Assembly: GCA_009602725.1 (NCBI GenBank)
Contig: WELB01000017.1
Location: forward strand, 387,421 to 434,297
From: Spirogloea muscicola
Taxonomy: Eukaryota
DNA: 46,877 bases
Direction of reading: 5' to 3'
This document shows, piece after piece, positions 1-11,438 of the stretch. Position 1 is the first letter of the stretch; the number at the start of each line of letters is the position of its first letter. The notes under the pieces are model-generated. The model did no database searches, was not told the DNA's origin, and saw only the letters and a list, made by a program, of their open reading frames with translations. The position numbers and the translations under genes are program-made.

Positions 1-83
1 TTGGCCGTGGCGTGATCGGCGGCGGGGCGACGGGCGGTGGGCCCGGCGTTAGGCCGCCGGCGGCCGCCGCCGGCCAGGCCAGG

Positions 84-3000
84 ATGCCGCCCAACCTGGA
101 CTTCCAGGACTGGTGCGCCGCCGCCGCCGCCACCAAGGAGGCCCTGCCGCCGCGCCCGATCATGGTCAAGGTGGACAAGGCCGCCTACGCCATGCCCGAG
201 CTCGACACCAGCCTGATCCCGGCGCTCCCGGAGATCGGCGAGCGCAAGCGCAACGCCAAGCAGGTGTGCTCCTCGTCCCTGCATCGCTTGGCTGCAGCAC
301 GTCTCGCGTCGGCAACGACGTGCGATCAGAGGCGACGAGCCCAGGCGGCGAGCATCGGAGCGCTGCCGCAGCATCGCCGAGGACCGTCAATTGCTTGTGG
401 CTCGCTTATCGGTGTGCTGAAGCTGAGCTGTGAGCGGCCTTGCGGGCCTTGTTTCTCGGCGAGCAGCTCACGTGGGTGCTGCTGCTCAAGGCGCACAAGG
501 CGGCGGGCTGCATCGCCTGGCTGGGGGTTGGCCTGGTCACCTTCTTGACCGCCGTCCGGCACCGCCTCCTGACCAAGCAGGTGGGAGCAGCAGCTCTAGT
601 GCCAACCTTGCAGCTCGGAAGCTGCTGTGGCCTCCTTATCTGTGGCGTTACTGCAGTAGAAGGGCTTTCCAATAAGTCTTGCTTCCAATGCTCGCCACCT
701 TAGCTGGTTGGGGCGCTCGCTCGATAGCTTTGCAGTTGCTTTTTGTGTAGTTGCAATGGCAGTACTCATATCGTGCGGAGGAGGGGTTCATGCTGCAGGG
801 GCTCGGCAAGACGGTCGGCGGGGGCGACTCGAAGCCGAGGAGCCGGCTCCTCCGGGTCCTCCGCATCTTCCTCCTCGTCGTGCTCGGCTTCTTCGTCTTC
901 GAGGCCGTCGCGCACGCGTTCGGCTGGCAGCACCACGTGCCGCAGTTCCACCGCCTCTCCACTGTCGGCTTCTACAACCTCCTCCACTGGTCCTACCTGT
1001 CGTGGGTCTCCTTCAGGTACACCATCGCACCTCTGAGTGCTCAATGTACGTCCACAAAGGACTGCTCCAACTGCTTGTGTACTGCACGAAGGTGCTTTCC
1101 GCATGTTGGAGCACCATGTGCAGGGCTATCTGCTGCAAGTAGCAGTGTCAAGGTGGACTATGACAGGCACCCACCCGGGCAGTTGATCAGAGAACGTTTG
1201 GCTGCCCTTGTTCACAACGTGTGTATGCATCTCAGCCCCTTGCTGTTCCCCTCCTCTGATGCAGGAAGAAGTACATCGCGCCTCCACTCCAGTTCTTCGC
1301 CAACACCTGCACCTACTTATTCATTTTCCAGGTGCTAATTCCAAAGGAGTATCACCTTGAGATTTGTTCTTCGGCACACCAACCTGCTTGCTGTATGTAA
1401 TCGAGCAGGGGCATTGAGAGTGGCGAGAGCTTGCAGGGCCCGTGACCCGCTTCATGATGCAGCTGGTATTATTGGGATGTTTGATTGCGCAGTCCATCGA
1501 TCGCGTGGTACTGAGCCTGGGCTGCTTCTGGATCAGACTGAGGGGCCTTAGGTAATTACTTAGCTCCTCCATAATACCCCATGAACATAAGCTGCACTGG
1601 ACTTGTGGAACTGTAGAAGTTTGCCAAGGCAGCACTTCATGAGCATTTCTTGGCACCACTTGCAAGGCACCACTTGCAACGCTTATGCATAATTGCAGCT
1701 CTCGTATCCATGTATTTGCTTAATCTGTGCATGTGCTTACATGATACAAATGCTCTTGCAGGCCACAGCCCAAGGTGGAGCTCGAGGAGGCCGGCGCCGA
1801 TCTGGAGAGAGCAGTGGATCACTACCCCATGGTGCTCATCCAGGTGCCCATGTGCAATGAGAGGGAGTGCTACGAGCAGGCCATCACGGCAGCGTGCCAG
1901 ATGGACTGGCCCAAGACTCGCATGCTCGTCCAGGTGAGAAGCACTGGAATGGCAGAGCACTTGGGCAGGAGCAGGAGCCAATGTAGACCCTGTGTCACAG
2001 ACCAATATCTGTAGCTTATGTGTGACAGAAGTTCTTCCGGAAACCTGTTCTTTGACAAATGACACTGAAGAAGCTCTATCAGAACATTGTCAGAACATCT
2101 CAGAACGTTCCAGAACCTATTGCGTCCTTAGCAGAGTGGAAGCTCATTGGCTGCATGTGGCCCACTGGCAGGTGTTGGACGACTCTGACGATGTGACGAT
2201 CCAGAAGCTGATCAGAGGGGAGGTTCAGAGGTGGTTGCAGAAGGGATCGCCGATCACATATAGGCACAGACTGCTACGGCGCGGATACAAGGCCGGCAAC
2301 TTGCAGAGCGCCATGAGCTGCGATTATGTGAAGGACTATGAGTTCGTGGCCATTTTTGACGCTGATTTCCAGCCAAAGCCAGACTTTCTGAAGAAGACCG
2401 TACTCCACTTCGAGGTCTGCAGAGCTTCCACATTGCTGGATGCCACTGCTGCAGCAGTCATGAGTACTTTGCTTTCGCAGCCTTAGTCGAAATTGCAGGC
2501 TGACGCCATTGCATTCCTGTTATGCACCAGGAGCAACCTGACCTTGCCTTAGTACAAGCCCGGTGGTCCTTCATAAACAAGGATGAGAACTTGCTGACGC
2601 GCCTTCAGAATATCAATCTCAGCTTTCACTTTGAGGTCGAGCAGCAGGTCAACGGCACCTTCATCAATTTCTTTGGCTTCAATGGTGAGAGGCAGTATGA
2701 CCCACTTCAGCTCAAAGGCAGCTGTGCCCTGCTTCCAGTGGGCAGGTTAATTGACATTGTTGATGTAGCTCGACATTGTTGAAGGCCGTGTGGGGCTTCT
2801 TTTACTCTCGGTGAAAGGCTGGAGGATCCCAGAGAGAGCATGATCGTCTAGAGGGTGACTAGACCTTACTGAAGTCCATGATCTTAGCCTGTTGCTTTTT
2901 CTGGTACTTAGAGTTGGCAACAGGTACCTCAGCTGTTAGTACTTGCGAGGGGGTTGAAGTGGAGTGACATCAAAAAAACCTCATAGATGATTGCTCGTAC

Positions 3001-4970
3001 CTGTGCTAAGACCTGTGTCAAACGTGTGAGGTGCAGGCACTGCTGGTGTATGGAGGATTGCAGCGCTGGAAGATTCTGGAGGGTGGCTAGACCGCACGAC
3101 TGTAGAGGACATGGATATTGCAGTTCGCGCACATCTGAAGGGCTGGAAATTCATCTTCCTCAATGACGTCGAGGTATGCTTGGGAGTCGGTACATTCTAC
3201 ACTGTAATCAGGGCCCCTCTGGTGGTACTAATTGGTCACGTCTTGCTTTGAGTCGAGCCCTGTGGCATTGGGCCGATAATCATATGCAGAACATCTGCAG
3301 GCCTGCATTATCTTCAGTCAAGACGTGACTGGAAGAGCATGTAACTAAATGTGCGTAGCTTGAGCAGATAGTGACTTGCTACAGGGGCTCTCTATTTTTC
3401 AGGCCCTCTGTGAGCTGCCGGAGTCTTATGAAGCATATCGCAAGCAGCAGCACCGCTGGCATTCGGGGCCAATGCAGCTGTTCCGCCTTTGCCTCCCTGA
3501 CATCATCACGGCCAAGGTGGGCATTCTGGTAGCCCTTTACAATCACTGCTGGTCCTTAAGCTTGCATGTGGCTCCCTACCCAGTTTACTTTGAGACTTGG
3601 CCTGATGTCTGGCCGTTGTACTTTGCAGGTTGCCCTCTGGAAGAAGTTCAACATGATATTCCTGTTCTTCCTCCTCAGAAAAATGATACTGCCCTTCTAC
3701 TCGTTCACTCTGTTCTGCATCATCCTGCCGCTGACCATGTTTGTTCCCGAGGCCAGCCTTCCGCTGTGGGTGGTGTGCTACATTCCAGGAGCAATGTCAA
3801 TCCTGAACGTCATTCCGTCTCCCAGGTACAGATGTTTGTAGGTCGACACATGCGGCAAATATTACCTTGCCATTCAATGTTTCATTGCCATTCAGGGCTT
3901 TGGAAATCGATCCATCACAGCCATGGTTGACATGGAGAGATGTGCTGCATTGACGATGTTGTCGAAGACTGGCGATTGGCAATGGTCAGCCAGGCTTTGA
4001 CATGCAAGTGTTTGTTGTGTTCAAGGTTTTGTTTTGTTAACCCCCATCTATCGATGTTGTGACTTTGATATTGCTCAATGCAGGTCCTTCCCATTCTTGG
4101 TCCCGTACTTATTGTTCGAGAACACGATGTCAGTGACCAAGTTCCAGGCCATGATTTCTGGCCTCTTCCAGCTCAATTCAGCATCTGAGTGGGTAGTAAC
4201 CAAGAAGACTGGGCGTTCGTCCGAGGCAGACCTCCTCGCTGCCGTGCGCGAGGTCAAGGCTGAAAACGGACCTCCTTTACCATCCCACGCACGGGCAGCG
4301 TCAGAGACTTGCTTGGACAGTCTGAAGGAGCAGCAATCGGCATTGCAAGTCGCTGCTGAGAGTCCAAAACTCAAGCTCAAGCCAAAACGGACTGTGCAGA
4401 GGTGTGCTCCTCGAGATCTCGTAGAGGGTCGGGAGAATTTGGCAATTCTAGCATGTGACTGACAAGTGTGCTTGTGCTAACAAGCACAACATGTACACAT
4501 TATAGCACTCTCTGTGATGGTTAGGTTATGAATCCAATGACGGTTCCGTGCTAACATCTGTGAATGCATGCTGGTGATTGCAGGATGTACAGAAAGGAGC
4601 TCGCCCTTGCACTTCTCCTCCTCGTGGCAGCTGCAAGGAGCCTGATGTCTGAGCGGGGGATGCATTTCTACTTTCTCCTTTTCCAGGTAAGGGGAGGCAC
4701 TTTACTGGATGTAGAAGGCCGGCTTAAGAAAATTGATCCTGCTTGTGCTTGTCTTTGCCTTAAAAAAGCGCGGCAGTTGCTGCTTGGAGTTTGCTGCTTT
4801 GAGGGTGCTGAAGAGCATTGTAGCCTTGTGCTGTCGTTTACTTCGCTCTTTACCGCAGTAGCTTCTTGCTGTGTTTCGATTGATTCTCACGTACTCCGTG
4901 CTGTGCAATGCAGGGTTTGGCCTTCCTTGTGGTTGGCCTTGACCTCATAGGAGAGCCGCAGAAGGTATGA
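84..4970 (+). CDS. CSLC: Cellulose synthase-like C (GT2, xyloglucan glucan synthase family), 14 exons: 84-263, 467-580, 799-1016, 1265-1331, 1493-1551, 1762-1933, 2172-2414, 2531-2684, 3037-3173, 3403-3516, 3629-3825, 4084-4401, 4584-4686, 4914-4970
   Basis: GT-AG exons join in frame. They give the CSLC N-terminus ([14 protein letters not shown]), [42 protein letters not shown] (D,D,D,QxxRW) and the C-terminal YRKELAL...[21 protein letters not shown]. Confidence 0.95.
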
Positions 4971-7559
4971 GCTGGACCTGAGTGACAGACAGGTGCAAAG
5001 GTCATGAGACTTGAAAGTGTGAAGGCATGCCAGCTGCTGTACATATATTCAGTCTGCTGTGACATTTTCACGTGCGTTGGATAGCCGGACTCCTTCTTCG
5101 CCCTCCTGGCTGGCCACGCCATGGGTAAATGAAGGCGTTATGCAGCGCAGCAGGAGTGTGCCTGCCTTGAATTAAGCTGGCATACTTGCAGTTCGTCGCA
5201 GCCCTGGCTGAGGGCGATAAAATTGCCCCAGGCAGCCCTGCGTCTAGACAACTAGTGCTTCTCTTGCGCGGCTGGAGGGGGACCTCCACCGCTTAGGGGT
5301 GCGGCAAAGCTGCTCCTCGCGGCTCAGGCAGATGCGTGAGCAGGTGCGCCTGCTCAGAGACAGGCATGGGAGGCTTTCACAAGCATTTATATCTACTCCA
5401 CAATCCAATAAATTGCTGGGCCAGCTGCAATTGTCTGGCTCAGAATCGTGGCACTTGCAAAAATCTGGGGGTGATTGCCATGGGCACCTCCAAGACCCTT
5501 GTGTGGCAACACTCAGGTTTCTCTGCCTGTGTCTCAGAGCATCCATCATTTTTTATAGCATTTTGGTAGTGATGACAAGTAGGAGTGGGTTGTGCTGTGT
5601 CAACAATACTCTCGGGATACATTGGCAGGATCCAGTCACTTGCTAACCACATGGGTGCAGTGTAGATTTTTTTGACATTGGCTTTTCTAGTTTGGTTAAC
5701 TGGAAAGACTGCATTGCTGCTGCAATCAGTAGGGAAATTGTCATATACCTCAGGAGCCCATGGACAATTTGAGTGTATTAGCTGTTGCAAGCAAAGCAGT
5801 GTACTGTTACTCTTGCTTTCAAAGTTCTTCTTTTGTCCTAAGTGGTGAAGCATAAAGCATGGGCTAGAGCTGTGTTGGCAGAGAAGCTTTATTTATGGCC
5901 ATCATCATAATCACAATGGATGTTGACAACACTCGGTCACAGGCGCATGACAAGAGGAAGGATGATGGCCAGGCATATCTGTACATGTGGCACACTTTAA
6001 AGAGTAGCTGAGCATTGTGCAACTCATTCACTTGTACTTGGTGCACAGTCATTCTTGGTGCATACTTAGCCCTTGATGCCATTTGCTGACCGCGTGATGA
6101 GGCGCTGTACAGCTACCAAGCCAACACAGCTCGTTTGCTGCAGATTGTAGTAGCGTCAGGCTCTGCTCAAGCTCTCCCGGTCAAGCTGAGTGGGACTTCT
6201 GCCCTGTCAGCTTGTCTGACACCTCTGACACTCTTATTGGCAGAGGATCCCCTGCAGGCAAGCAAGCTGTCTGACCGTCTGCACTTGAGCAAGTGTCCTC
6301 CACATCACCCCACCTTGCTGGCTGGCGCCTTCCGTCCTATCATTCACAGCTGAAGTGCTATGTCCTTCTAATTTGAGCCTCCATCTAGACCTCTTCCATT
6401 CTGCTGGGTCGGCTTTTAGCCTCATACTTTGTCCCTCTTCAGCCCTTTTCAGTCCGTCGGAGTTCTAACTTGGGGCCCTTGAGCTAGTGTCTTCACGTGG
6501 TCCGCTGCTTGTTGGGCTACATCAGAGAGGAAGACTCTTCGAGCGTACAGCAATCGCTGTGAGAGGCCAGCCCAAAGAAAAGGAGCTCTTCAACGATACA
6601 GCTCTTCCAGCGCAAGGCAATGGCTGTGGGAGGCCAGCCCAGAAGAAATGAACAGTCTGAATGGGCTGAATCACGAAATTAACACGAGACTACTTACCGT
6701 GACTCCTGCGAATGGACGCTCATGATTTCAACCTTAGAGAATGAACAAGGTCTTGAGGGGCGGAAGGTACAAGGAATAAGTTTAGAGAAAGAGATAGCTC
6801 TTCCACAGGCAGTGACTGTGAGAGGACAGCCCAAGGAATAGAAGTGGGCTCTTAAATAGGGGCGATGGCTGTGAAAAGCCAGCCCAGAAAGAGTGGACGA
6901 GGTCCAAAGAACTGACAGACGCTAGAGTCACACAGCTACGCAGTCAAATCAATGAGTGGGAGCTCAGTTACCCCGATACACAAGCCGCAAGTTGGAGTAA
7001 TTTGCGGCTGGAAATGATTTACTTCGACAAAACCCAGAAGTAGCAGCCAAAGCGCCGCCTGCCCGCAAGTGCACTAAATGAGTCAGGCGACCTTGGGAGG
7101 AGTCTGGGAGCCGCATGCGGAACATCCTGGGCAAGTGACCCAGCGGCGTTGAAGCCGGGCAGCTCACCTTGCTGTCCCTGCCACCGACTGGCCTCTCTCA
7201 GCTGGCTTTTCGGGCTGGCTTACTACAGCCCTTGTCCCCATCGGGAGAGCCACTTTCTTTCTCACAGCCACTGCCGTAAATCATTCTCGAATAGAGGAGA
7301 TGAGATGTAGACGAAGCTGTCATCCTGCCGACAATTGATGGCCTGCCGTGCAAGCAGGAAGTCCAGCCACCAACTAACGGCCCGTGCACGTCCACCGCGA
7401 AGAAGCTGCCAAAAAGAAGGGGGGGCCAGCGCATAGGGGCTGGAAAAAGCCAGCTCAAAAGTAGAAAAATGGAAAAGCCCAAAGAAGAGAAAAACCTAAA
7501 CAAAGGTTTTCCAACGCGGCCGGCTCCCTGGCCCAGGTCTTCGGATGCGGCTCTCCGTG

Positions 7560-8600
7560 TGAAAGAAAGGGCTCGCCCATTGAGGATAGGGGCTGGACAA
7601 GCCAGCCCAAAAAAGAATGAACAAAGAACGAGAAGGGGGCCAGAGGAAGCCAGAGGAAGCGCTAAGAAACCAAAGCACACAAAGAAAGAAAGCAGCTACA
7701 AATCACTCAGTAACCCCTGCTAAGCAGCCGCAAATCAGAGAGGCTAGGGTCCTGGAAGTGGGTCCCCTGGACAGAGCCAGAGGCAGCAGCGAGGGCTCGT
7801 CCGGCACGAAGGTGCAGCGCACGGGCCATGGACCTCTGCAGCGAGACGGCCAAGCGCATGCGATACACTTGCGCCAGCGACCCGGCTGCAGGAAAGTCTA
7901 CCGGTTCACCATGGAAGCGACGGGCGATTGCGTGGCGGGCGAGCTGGTTAAGTAGCCCAAGCCACCGAGCGCCCGGTGCCCCATGGATGTCAATTGCCAA
8001 CGGGAAGAACTCGTCTTCCGGCGGATGGTCGGCGTACTTGATCTCTTTTGCCCGAGCGGCGCAGGCGACCGCATACCCAGCCTTGGTGGCAGACTGGACT
8101 GGGTGGGAGCGGTCAAATGCGTCGGTAGTCACCACATCCAGAAGCAGACGGGGCCCGCCGGTGTGGGGTGGCCACCAGGTCGACGCGACGAGCGTGGAGA
8201 CCGTCGGCCCTGGCCTGGAGCGGCATGACACCGGAGTGCTCCGCTGCCACCGCGAAGCCAGCCTCCACCAAGATGCCGTGCATCGCGTCCCGGAGGCGGT
8301 CGTGGGCCGCCGTCCTCTCGCCGCCATGGGAACAGCGCAGGACGTGAGCAGCCAGCTCGCCAGGCTCGGCCCCTCGTCCGCCACACTGGCATTGACGCAC
8401 GCCCTGGAGGCATGGAGGCGGCAGCCCCAGGAGCCGGTGGACGGCAGTGCGAAACACCTCATCTGGGAGGGTCAGGGCGTCAGTGATGGGGAGTGCCTGG
8501 AGCCACGCCGCTGCCCCCGGGGAGGAGGCCGAATGTAGTCTCGCGCGCCCGCGCAGGTCGGCCTCAGGGAGCTGCAGCACGGTGGTGGTGTAGGCGGCCT
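7560..8600 (-). mobile_element. Longest CRE-like fragment: post-RT region, CCHC zinc knuckle and restriction-like endonuclease, frameshifted near 8160, with intact 3' UTR
   Basis: RLHSASSPGAAAWLQALP...FRTAVHRLLG; CQC-x-H-x3-C (CQCGG...AHVLRC); RTAAHDRLRD; RRVDL...LLLDV...AKEIKY...FFPLAIDIHG. The ORF stops at 7707 and is followed by the 3' hairpin unit at ~7565-7630. Confidence 0.85.
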
Positions 8601-9243
8601 TGTCGACGACGGCCGCGAAGCGCGCTCCGTGTCCCTCCTACTGACATAGATCTGCCGGCCCCTTTGTAGCTGCTCATCGCTTGTCGGCGCTTGTCGGCCT
8701 CTCCAAACCTTTGTCAATTCTTTTCGGGCTGGCTTTTCGCAGCCCTTTAGGTATTACTTTAGGTATTATGTAGCCTTGTTTAGTTTGCACTAGACTTTGC
8801 CTGCACAATGTATTGGCTTGCATTGGCCTCCCATTCATTTCATGCGCCCCGCGCGCCTTCTCTCTCTTTGCAGCGGTCCCTTGCATTCGCGGTTCACCTG
8901 CACGCCGGCCGCGCTTTGGCTGCGGCCTCAGGCTACCGTCAGGGCGACGTCTTTCCGCCGTCTGGCTATTCAGCCTTGCATCTTCTGACTCGAGGTTACT
9001 GAGAGTCCCCTTGCTGCTGTCTTAGCACTTAGCACCCTGGCTTCTTCTGTCCTTGTCCATTCCTTTTGGGCTGGCCTCTCCCAGCCACCAGTCAATCTGG
9101 CCGCGCTTGTTGATTCTGGGTCGCGTCTGAATGCATCATTTCCTGCTTCGAGCTACTCCGACCTGATGTTGCTCACCCGTGGGTATTGAGCTTCCTGTGG
9201 TTTCGTCGTGTTCTACTGTCTAACTGCCTAGGTGTGTGTTTTT

Positions 9244-9559
9244 TTTGGCTTTCGACATTGTCCATTCTTCTGGGCTGGCTTTGCTGCCCCCCCTTCTCTA
9301 TGGGCGAGCACTTTCTTTGATAGGGAAAGCACTATGAAAAACAGGCACAAAGAGGAACTAAGCAGCTACGAAACACTCAGTAAAAAGGGAAACCAGCTCT
9401 TCCAATTTGGATCTAGTTTACTGAGTGTTTCGTAGCTGCTTAGTTCCTCATTGTGCCTGTTTTTACATAGTGCTGTCCCTATCAAAGAAAGTGCTCGCCC
9501 ATAGAAAAAGGGGGCCAGCAAAGCCAGCCCAGAAAGAATGGACAAAGTCCAAAGCCAAA
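9244..9559. repeat. ~140-bp inverted repeat (arms 9244-9384 and 9417-9559, 32-nt spacer)
   Basis: The arms are reverse complements with few mismatches. Each comprises a retroelement 3' unit plus the same ~65-bp flank ending CTCAGTAAA. Confidence 0.9.
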
Positions 9560-10000
9560 GAGCGAAGAGACACAGCGGCCTGCACGCGAGTGGACGGCAT
9601 GAGCGAGGGAGCGTTGGAGGGACACGGAGAGCCGCATCCGGAAGACCTGGGCCAGGGAGCCGGCCGCATTGAAGCCGGGCAGCCCCCCTGGCAGACCCGG
9701 CCGCCGCTCAATGGCCTGCCGGGCAAGCCGCTGGAGGAGATCCAGCCAGCCGCTGCCATAAGCCCCGTGGACGTCGATGGCAAGGGCCGCGAATGCGTCG
9801 CTGGGGGGGTGGTCTGCATACTTCCGCTCCTTGCCTCGGGCCGCCAGAGCGACCGCATGCCCAGCGGTCGACGCCGACTTGGAGGGGTGAGCGGAGAGGC
9901 CAGCCGCTGGAAACTTCCCCTTCTCCCAAGGCCCCGGCTTCGCCGTGGGAGCCGTTGAGCCACGTGGTGTTGCCACCACCCCGCCACCACGCTTGCGCAC
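9482..10000 (-). mobile_element. CRE-like RLE C-terminal fragment with internally deleted 3' end
   Basis: GHAVALAARGKERKYADHPPSDAFAALAIDVHGAYG...FRMRLSVSLQRSLAHAVHSRAGR is joined directly to the 3' terminal unit. Confidence 0.8.
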
Positions 10001-10753
10001 GAGCCGACGCTTGCCGGGTCACTTTGGACCTTAGCTGGCACCTTTGTCAATTCTTTTTTGGGCTGGCTTTTTGCAGCCCTTGCCCCCATTGGGAGTGCCG
10101 CTTTCTTCTTCGCTGGCACACGCGTTGCATCTGCGTGCCGGTAGTTGGGGCTGCCTGCTGTCTGCTATGCTGTCATACTGAATCGACGGCTCGCCCGTAG
10201 GAAAAGAGGGGGCTAGCAAAGCCAGCCCAGAAAAGAATGGACAATTCCCGCAGGCCGCAAAGGCCACAAAACAGTGCCCGGAAAGACAAAACTACAGTAC
10301 ACACCAAGACACGGGATGATGCAGATGGATGCTCAGTAACCACGAGTGAGCAACAACAGCAAATCAGAATGACTCGAAGCAGGAAAGCGGCACTCTGCCG
10401 AGACCCTGAGGCAGCAGCCGTAGCGCGGCCATCACGCGTGTGGACCGCATGAGCCTGAGAGCAATGGAGCGAGACCGCCAGTCTCATTCGAATACCTGAG
10501 CGAGGGAGCTGGCAGCATTGAAGCAGCGGCCGGTCGCGCTCTGGCTGCACCCTTGTCCTACTATTACTGAGTGGTCCATCCTTCTTGTCTTTTCTTTTTG
10601 GGCTGGCTTTGCCAGCCCCTCTTCGTTATGGGCGAGCACTCCTCCCCCCGTTCTGACATAGCATCTTCAGGCCCCTTCGTAGCTGCTCAGCGCTTTAGGC
10701 CCCTCCGTCATCTGGCCCCTTCGAACCTTTGTCATATTTTTCGGGCTGGCATT

Positions 10754-11438
10754 TCGCATGCGATTGACAGTCTCCCTTCAGCGTTCCATGGCCCACGCCT
10801 TGCATCTGCGTGCTGGCCGTGCTCTCGCCGCGGCCTCCGGCTTTCGTCAGGGGGATAGTATTCCGGCAGCTATTCTGTCGGGATTTTAGGCTCCTCACTC
10901 GTAACTACGGAGTGGTCCATCCTCCCCCCGTTCTGACATAGCATCTTCAGGCCCCTTCGTAGCTGCTAAGCGCTCTAGAAAGCGAGAAAGCGATAGAGCA
11001 CACAGTGACTCGATTCAGGCATCGATTAGCGACCTTTATGTATTGACCCGTGGTTACTGAGCGGGTCAATATGCTGTAGGGTTATGTAGGTCTTAAGATG
11101 TGCTTGCCTTCATACTTGGCCACTTGGCCTTCGTTTGTTTCGAATACACGAAGTTCTCGCCCTCTCCTGGAAGCGTCTCTCTCTTCCGACCCGTGCGTGG
11201 CGTGGGCCTAGGTATATCGCATGCGATTGTCAGTCTCCCTTCAGCGGTCCATGGCCCACGCCTTGCATCTGCGTGCTGGCCGTGCTCTCGCTGCGGCCTC
11301 CGGCTTTCGGCAGGGGGACACTTTTCCGGCAGCTAGTCTGTCGGATCTGAGGCTCCTTACTCGTAACTACTGAGTGGTCCATCCTCCCCCCCGTTCTGAC
11401 ATAGCATCTTCAGGCCCCTTCGTAGCTGCTAAGCGCTT
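10754..11438 (+). repeat. Direct repeat of a ~220-bp CRE-like 3' fragment (10754-10976 and 11217-11438; partial third copy 10641-10696)
   Basis: Near-identical CATGCGATTG...CTCGTAACTAC...GCCCCTTCGTAGCTGCTAAGCGCT segments. Confidence 0.9.

Noticed and set aside
1017..1040. Read-through RYTIAPL mimicking the next CSLC exon
   Set aside because: The true exon (KKYIAPPLQ, 1265-1331) has proper splice sites; the resemblance is likely chance.
4966..5370. Possible extra CSLC 3' exons (AAG|GTATGA could be a donor)
   Set aside because: The protein already ends at the family-typical position, and downstream candidate exons have no recognisable homology.
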